From Lama guanicoe (lineage: Eukaryota), in the NCBI GenBank assembly GCA_013239625.1, contig MU053754.1, positions 1,717,966 through 1,745,842 of the forward strand: a stretch of DNA of 27,877 nt, given 5' to 3'. This document shows positions 22,491 through 27,877 of this stretch, piece by piece (the first letter of the stretch is position 1; each line of letters starts with the position of its first letter). The position numbers were made by a program, and so were the translations under genes. The notes under the pieces are model-generated. The model saw nothing but the letters and a program-made list of their open reading frames with translations. It was not told where the DNA came from and did no database searches.

Positions 22491-22649
22491 CTTGTAAGTG
22501 TAGAGAAAATGAAGAAAAAAAAAAGGCAGCAAGTGTGTCTATCTTTTCATTAGGTGCTCCTTAACCCCACTTCCTGATGGTCCCCTTCCTGAGGGGAGAG
22601 GTCTAGTGGACACAGGAGTGGGTCAGACAGGGAAGCCCCTTGTCTCCCA

Positions 22650-23850
22650 CCTTCTGTCGTCCTGGTGGCCTTGGAACCGGTGTGCACCTCCCTCACATGG
22701 TGACTGAGAGTGAAGTTGGTCCCTGCTGGTCAGGCAGCCCCTTCGTCTTCCCTGAGCAGCCTTCCAGTCCTCTGCTGTCAGCCCTCCCTTCCCAAGCACC
22801 ATGAGCGGGTACCCCACCGTTTTTGGAAACCTCTGTGCCCTCCTCTTGCTCCCATTCATTGCCTCTGGCACCCCTCGAGCTGCAGCCCCTTTCTCTTCCT
22901 CCTCACCTGCCTTCATGTGCCAGCAGGAGTGCCGCCTCCTCTGTGAAGCCTGTCTAGATTTCTTCCAGGCAATGAGCATGTGCAGAGAAGACGGTGTGCA
23001 TGATTCCTTGTCCTATCAGTATCGGCTGGTCCCCCTTGTCACCCATCTCAGCAGCAGCTATTTGCTGATCTTTCCTGACTTCTGAGAGACGGGCTGTCCG
23101 TAGGTGCCAGGGACACCACCCTGTTCTGGATTCCCTCCTGCCTCCCTGCCCTTCCCCCCAGTGTCTCACCAGCTCCTTCTTCCCAGGGCTCCATCCTCAG
23201 CTCACAGTCCTGAGACCATTGGGTCTCAGCGGGGCAAGTGTGCCGTCCAGGGGACACTGGGCAACATCTCATGTCAATTTTGGTTGTCACCTTGGGTGGA
23301 AGATGGGGATTGCTCCTGGCACCTAGTGAGAATACCCAGAATGCTGTTCAAAATCCTGCAGTGCACAAGGCAGCCCCACCACAGCTAACGGTCTGATCCA
23401 AAGCACCGGCGGTCCCAGGGATGAGACACCCGGCTTTCGGCAGTTGCATCCTGGCACAAGGCTTCAAAGGTCTCGGTTACAGGAGGCCTCCGCTCCCACT
23501 TGCTCAGACCCGTGTTTAACTACCTAGTTGACGGTCGGCTTGGAGAGCCACCGGGCATTTCAGAGTGAAGGCCATACAGAAGTCTGGATTTGTCCTCGGC
23601 CCAGCCTTCCTGCATCTTGGGCACTGGCACCACCTTCCGAATGTTGCTCAGGCTCTGAACCTGGATGTTGTCCTTGCTACTTCTGTCCCCTCCCCTGCCG
23701 ACATCCGCTCTACCCTGGAGCCCTCCAGACCACACCTCCGGCACAGCTGAGACCTCGTCGTGTCTCCCCATTGCACCTCGCCTTCCCGCCAGCACTGCGC
23801 AGGCCCCTTGCATCTCTCTACTAAGCAAGAGCTTCTTTGCATTTTGTTCT
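22650..23850 (+). mobile_element. L2 LINE fragment(s), interrupted by a MER20
   Basis: GACACCACCCTGTTCTGGATTCCCTCCTGCCTC...CCCAGGGCTCCATCCTCAGC before the MER20 and GTTGCTCAGGCTCTGAACCTGGATGTTGTCCTTG...ACATCC...CATCTCTC after it follow L2 consensus order. Left boundary uncertain. Confidence 0.6.
23217..23432 (+). mobile_element. MER20, diverged, nested in L2
   Basis: CATTGGGTCTCAGCGGGG...CCAGGGGACACTGGGCAA...TTTTGGTTGTCAC...TGGCACCTAGTG...ATCCTGCAGTGCACAAGGCAGCCCC...GATGAGACACCCG. Confidence 0.85.
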
Positions 23851-25827
23851 AGGCACGATGGGGGCCTCTGAAGGGTTCTTAAGTAGAAGCATGTTCAGAT
23901 TTTATTTTCTCCTTCAGTCTGGTGCTGAGTGAAGAAAGACGAAGAATGGATCAGACCCCTTTCAGAGGGCGGCAGAGTCCTCCATGACCGGGACTTGCTG
24001 TCTCTCACTTTTGCAGCCCGGCCCACTGGCCTTCCTCCTGTCACCGAGATCCTTCTCACCACAGGACGTTTGGACTTGCCGGCCACTTGCTCTTGGCCCC
24101 ATTTGAGCACTTCCCCCTCAAAGAGCTGTGTTTTCACCTAGCATGTTAGGAAGATAGAGAAAAATGAGCCCGTCCTGAGAACTGAGCAGCTGATTGATTC
24201 AGTTGTTGGAATCCCCTGGTGTGATTGTGATTGGTGTTGAGATAGTGAGTCTTCAACAGATCTCTGTGAACAACCTCGCTGTATGCTTTACTTGGACTTG
24301 GAAGCCTGAGAGTCAGTGACGAAGTTTGTCTACCCTCTGACAGCATTACTATTTCAGCTTCATGAGAGCCCCCTAATTCAGAAATCCGCCTGCTTCTGGA
24401 ACAGTCGAGAATGTACTTTGAGATATATTCGGTGACATTTCTTGCCTTACTTTGGGTATTTTTTTCATTGACAGGTAACTGAAGACAGAAGACAGGCCTA
24501 AAAATAAACCCCAGAAGGAAGAAGGGATTTGCCTACATTTGACTCTGAGTAAGTGAAATTGTAAAATGTATTTCTTATTCCGCAACGAGTATCTTGTCAG
24601 CCTCTCCGTATTTTCTGTGCTTAAAAATGAACCATTTTTGTGTTAGCTTTACGTGCCAGAAACAGTGATTTCTCAAGATTCCTTGTAACAGGTGATTTGC
24701 TAACAGAAAAATGCTGTATATCTGCTTCAGCACTTCACAACAAACTCCTTTTTTATTTAGCTTCTGGAAGTCAGAAATTTGAGGGAAGAGAAACGGAGGT
24801 GGTTATTAAAACGTGTGCTTTTGAGAGAAGCTCCGTTTCTGCTGTTCTTTCCCACGTCCCTGTCAGGTACTTCTGACTCAGACGCCTGGTTCCTGACAAA
24901 CAGAGGTTTTCGACTCTTGCGCGGATTACAGGTGTTGGCTGTGCCCGGCAGAATGTGTTTGGAGAGGACAGGCGGTGTGTCACTGCTTGTGGGCCAGCAG
25001 AGTTTTCAGTGCAGGCCTGTCTGGCACCCCAGTGAGGCAGCCCGGCCTGTGTGTTGGCCAAGGGGAGGCATTTTCCTTCCGACTGGGCCCCAAGTGGACT
25101 CCTGTCGGCAGAGAGAAGGCCGGGCCCCCTGGGGTCTGGAGCTGCCGTCTTGACTGCCGTGTTTTACCCTGTTTACGATGAGGCCTGATTTGTACCCCAG
25201 CTCAGACCAGTTTGTGAAAACTCTTCCATTTCTGGGATGACCAAGCATGGTGGAGTGTACTGAGATGTGTGAGATGCGTCTTGTTCTTTAGGGTGCGGCA
25301 TTCCTGCCGGAGTGGATGGCTGTCCCGTAGGTATGCAGACTCCCCTACTGCGGGGGTCCTGGGGCCGCCCGTGCTGGAGCAGCTGAGGGAGGCTGGTTTG
25401 GGTCTGGTGATGCATGGAATTTTGAGACCTACTGAAGGAGTGCATTCTAGATGGGCCACTCTGAGGGCAAAGGAGAGGAACCAGGAATAAGAAAGCTTTC
25501 TGTCTTTAGGGAAAAGTTGACAAGCTACCTGGTGGAATGCTGGGGAGTGCTGCGGGGAGGGTGCAGAAAAGGCATAAGGAAAAGGCAGGGAATTTGAACT
25601 GTACCTGTCTATGCAGAGCCCACAGGAGACCCGCTCTGATTCTCTTAGCGTCAGTGCTGCCATCTTTGTCTGCCTGGACCCACCTGACGGACACTCCCCA
25701 TCAGAGTCGTTTGAAAGAGCACCAAAGATGACTCTTAGAACCAGCCTGCACAGTGAAGAGAAAATAGAAAATTATGGCAAAACACTCATGTCACACTTAT
25801 CTGTGCCAGACATCGCCGTATTTGGTG

Positions 25828-26222
25828 ACAACTTTATTGAGTGATAATTCACATAGCTGACAATTCACCCATTTGAAGCGTGCAGTTTAGTGGTTTTTAG
25901 TATGTTCCCAGAGTTGTGCAGCCATCCCCACAATCGATTTTAAACCATTTCACCACTCCCCAGAGAATTTCCTACCCATTAGCAGTCACTCCCCAGTCCC
26001 AATTCCTCCAGCCACTGACAGCCACCAGTCTGCGTTTGGTGTCTTGATGTTTCTTATAAATGAGGTCACACGGCGTGTTTTCCTTCTGACTTGGTTTCCT
26101 TTACTCAGCTTAATGTTCTCAGGGTTCTCCCACCTTGTCGCACGTGTGAGTACTTCACTCCTTTTTATTGCCAAGTACTATTCCATGGTACGAGTAGGCC
26201 ACATATTGTTTCTCTGTGCAAC
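25828..26222 (-). mobile_element. L1MB-type LINE-1 3' end
   Basis: AACTTTATTGAG...ATAATTCACATA...AATTCACCCATTTGAAG...GGTTTTTAGTATGTTCCCAGAGTTGTGCAGCCATC...CCCATTAGCAGTCACTCCC...TACTTCACTCCTTTTTATTGCC. Confidence 0.9.
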
Positions 26223-26239
26223 AATCAGACACTTATTTT

Positions 26240-26860
26240 TGAAGCCTTCTATTTTGAAATGATGTTAGACTCCGCAAGAAGTTGCAAGAATTGTACAGTG
26301 AGTTCCAGAGCACCTTCCCCTACCAGTGATGACGTTGTGTGCAAAGATCCGGCCTTATCAAAAGTAGGACATTGACATTGCCAGCGCTGGCGCACAGGCA
26401 GACCTTATCTGGATTTCACCAGTGTTTATGTGCACATGTGTGCGAGCATGCACATGTGGCAGTTGTGTGACGTGTAATCACACGTGCAGACGTGAGCAGC
26501 CACCACCATAGTCTGAGGCTGAACCGCTCCATCCCCGCGAGAACAGTTCATCATGCCTCCTCTGCAGGGTCACCCTCTCCAGCTCCAGGCCACAGGTGGG
26601 TCCTCCATCCGGTTTTGTCCTTTCAAGACTTACATCAATGGACTCACCCCGCACGTGGCCTCGTGAGACTGCCTTTACTCACTTAGCCTGCGGCCCTTGA
26701 GATCCATCCACGGTGTGCTGTGTGTCAGCAGCTCCTGCCTCTGCAGTGCTGACTCAAGGTCTGTGTGTGGATGCACCAGCATTTATTCATCCACTCACTG
26801 GTGGAAACTTCTCTGCCTCCCTTTGCTGGCTGGAGGCGCCGAGGCTCCAGCGATCAGTCA
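26240..26860 (-). mobile_element. L1MC/L1MD-type LINE-1 3' end
   Basis: TATTTTGAAATGATGTTAGACTC...GAAGTTGCAAGAATTGTACAG...ATTGACATTG...GATTTCACCAGT...TTTACTCACTTAGC...TTGAGATCCATCCA...TTTATTCATCCACTCAC. Confidence 0.8.
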
Positions 26861-27502
26861 TGCTGGGCTTCTGCACCTTCAGGACCCTGTTCGGGAGGGA
26901 GAGCTCTGGCCAAGCAGATGCGGAGAGTGAGCACCCCAACCCCCTAAACAGGAGCAGCGCTGGACCCGGCCCTGTCCTTTCATGGACAGAAACAGACCCG
27001 CCCAGATGCAGCCAAGCCCCTTGTTCTGCTGAGCTGCTTCCCCCCTTGAAGACGGCTTTCAAACCAGGTTTGTGTTCTTGAGTACCCAGACCACACACGG
27101 GAGCCCTGCAGACACTGCCTCTCTGTAGATTATCAGGGAAACTCCTTTCTCTCAAGAAGCTACTACTGCCTTCCCCTCGAACCCTCGCAGACTGGGAAAG
27201 GGGTGTTGGGGGCAGTGATGCCCCAGCGAACGATTGAAAGTCGAGTGAATTCCTTCGTGGTGGAATCTGACCCAGACAGATGTTAGGGGCTGATTAATTA
27301 AATTCAAGAATAAGCTCTTAAAATTGGCTGTAGATTCTGGTAGTAAAGTGGCCCTGAAAATAATGAGAGATTTCTTTCCTTTCTGACATCTTTGGCTATT
27401 TCAGGCTCTTTTACCGAATCAAAGTATTTTTTTTCTTCATGTTTCCACTTGGTTTTCTTTGTAGACACGGCAGTTCCCAAAGATCTATTTCTTGGTTTAG
27501 GA

Positions 27503-27726
27503 CAGTGGTTCTCAACTGGGGGCAACTTTTACCCCCAGGGGACACCTGGCAAAGCCTGGAGACGAATTTGATGGTTATGATTGGGGGCTGTGTGTGTGTG
27601 TGATACTGGCACTGAGTGTGCAGAGGGCAGGGATGCTGTCAAGTATCCTGTGATGCACAGGATAGCCCCCGCCCCTCACACACCGAACAATTTTCTGCCC
27701 CCAAATATCAATAGCACGAGGTTAGC
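27503..27726 (+). mobile_element. MER20, right terminus eroded
   Basis: CAGTGGTTCTCAACTGGGGGC...CCCCCAGGGGACACCTGGCAA...CAGGGATGCTG...ATCCTGTGATGCACAGGATAGCCCCC...CCAAATATCAATAGCACGAGGTT. Confidence 0.92.
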
Positions 27727-27877
27727 TGGTTGGGATAGGACCCCAAACTTTGCATATGTCGAATATTGCTCTCCATCTGCTTTCACAGTAGTTTAGTAGC
27801 ATTGATTTTGAAGCACCAGGATAAGGAACTACACACTTTTGAGCCTCCTGCGATGACTCAGTACTCAGCATGACTAT

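Noticed and set aside
24841..24872. Second AG|GT junction (TGTCAG|GTACTT)
   Set aside because: GTACTT is a poor donor and there is no supporting structure; AGGT is common by chance.
31..27860. AP-1 sites TGA(G/C)TCA at 31, 3554, 10806, 14193, 24874, 26750 and 27854
   Set aside because: Dispersed and only about twice the simple random expectation for a 7-mer on two strands; no clustering.

Overview
Non-coding mammalian (eutherian) genomic DNA, almost certainly from a camelid: a minus-strand tRNA-derived SINE at 1487-1664 matches the camelid vic-1 family as I remember it. I find no credible protein-coding exon, RNA gene or CRISPR array. The supplied ORFs are chance frames in GC-rich or repeat-derived DNA. 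The window reads like the interior of a long intron, probably transcribed on the + strand (visual T/G skew, L1M fragments all antisense). It is filled with old transposable elements: L1M, HAL1, L2, MIR, MLT1, an LTR33-like LTR, Zaphod, MER3 and four MER20 copies. All repeat names come from my recall of consensus sequences, not a database search, and their boundaries are approximate. The best leads are a ~38-unit 13-bp minisatellite with higher-order structure and a near-CTCF unit, candidate recursive-splice or poison exons at 24475 and 16227, and the MER20 cluster. I do not see evidence for a new biological system, and the host gene cannot be identified from this window.
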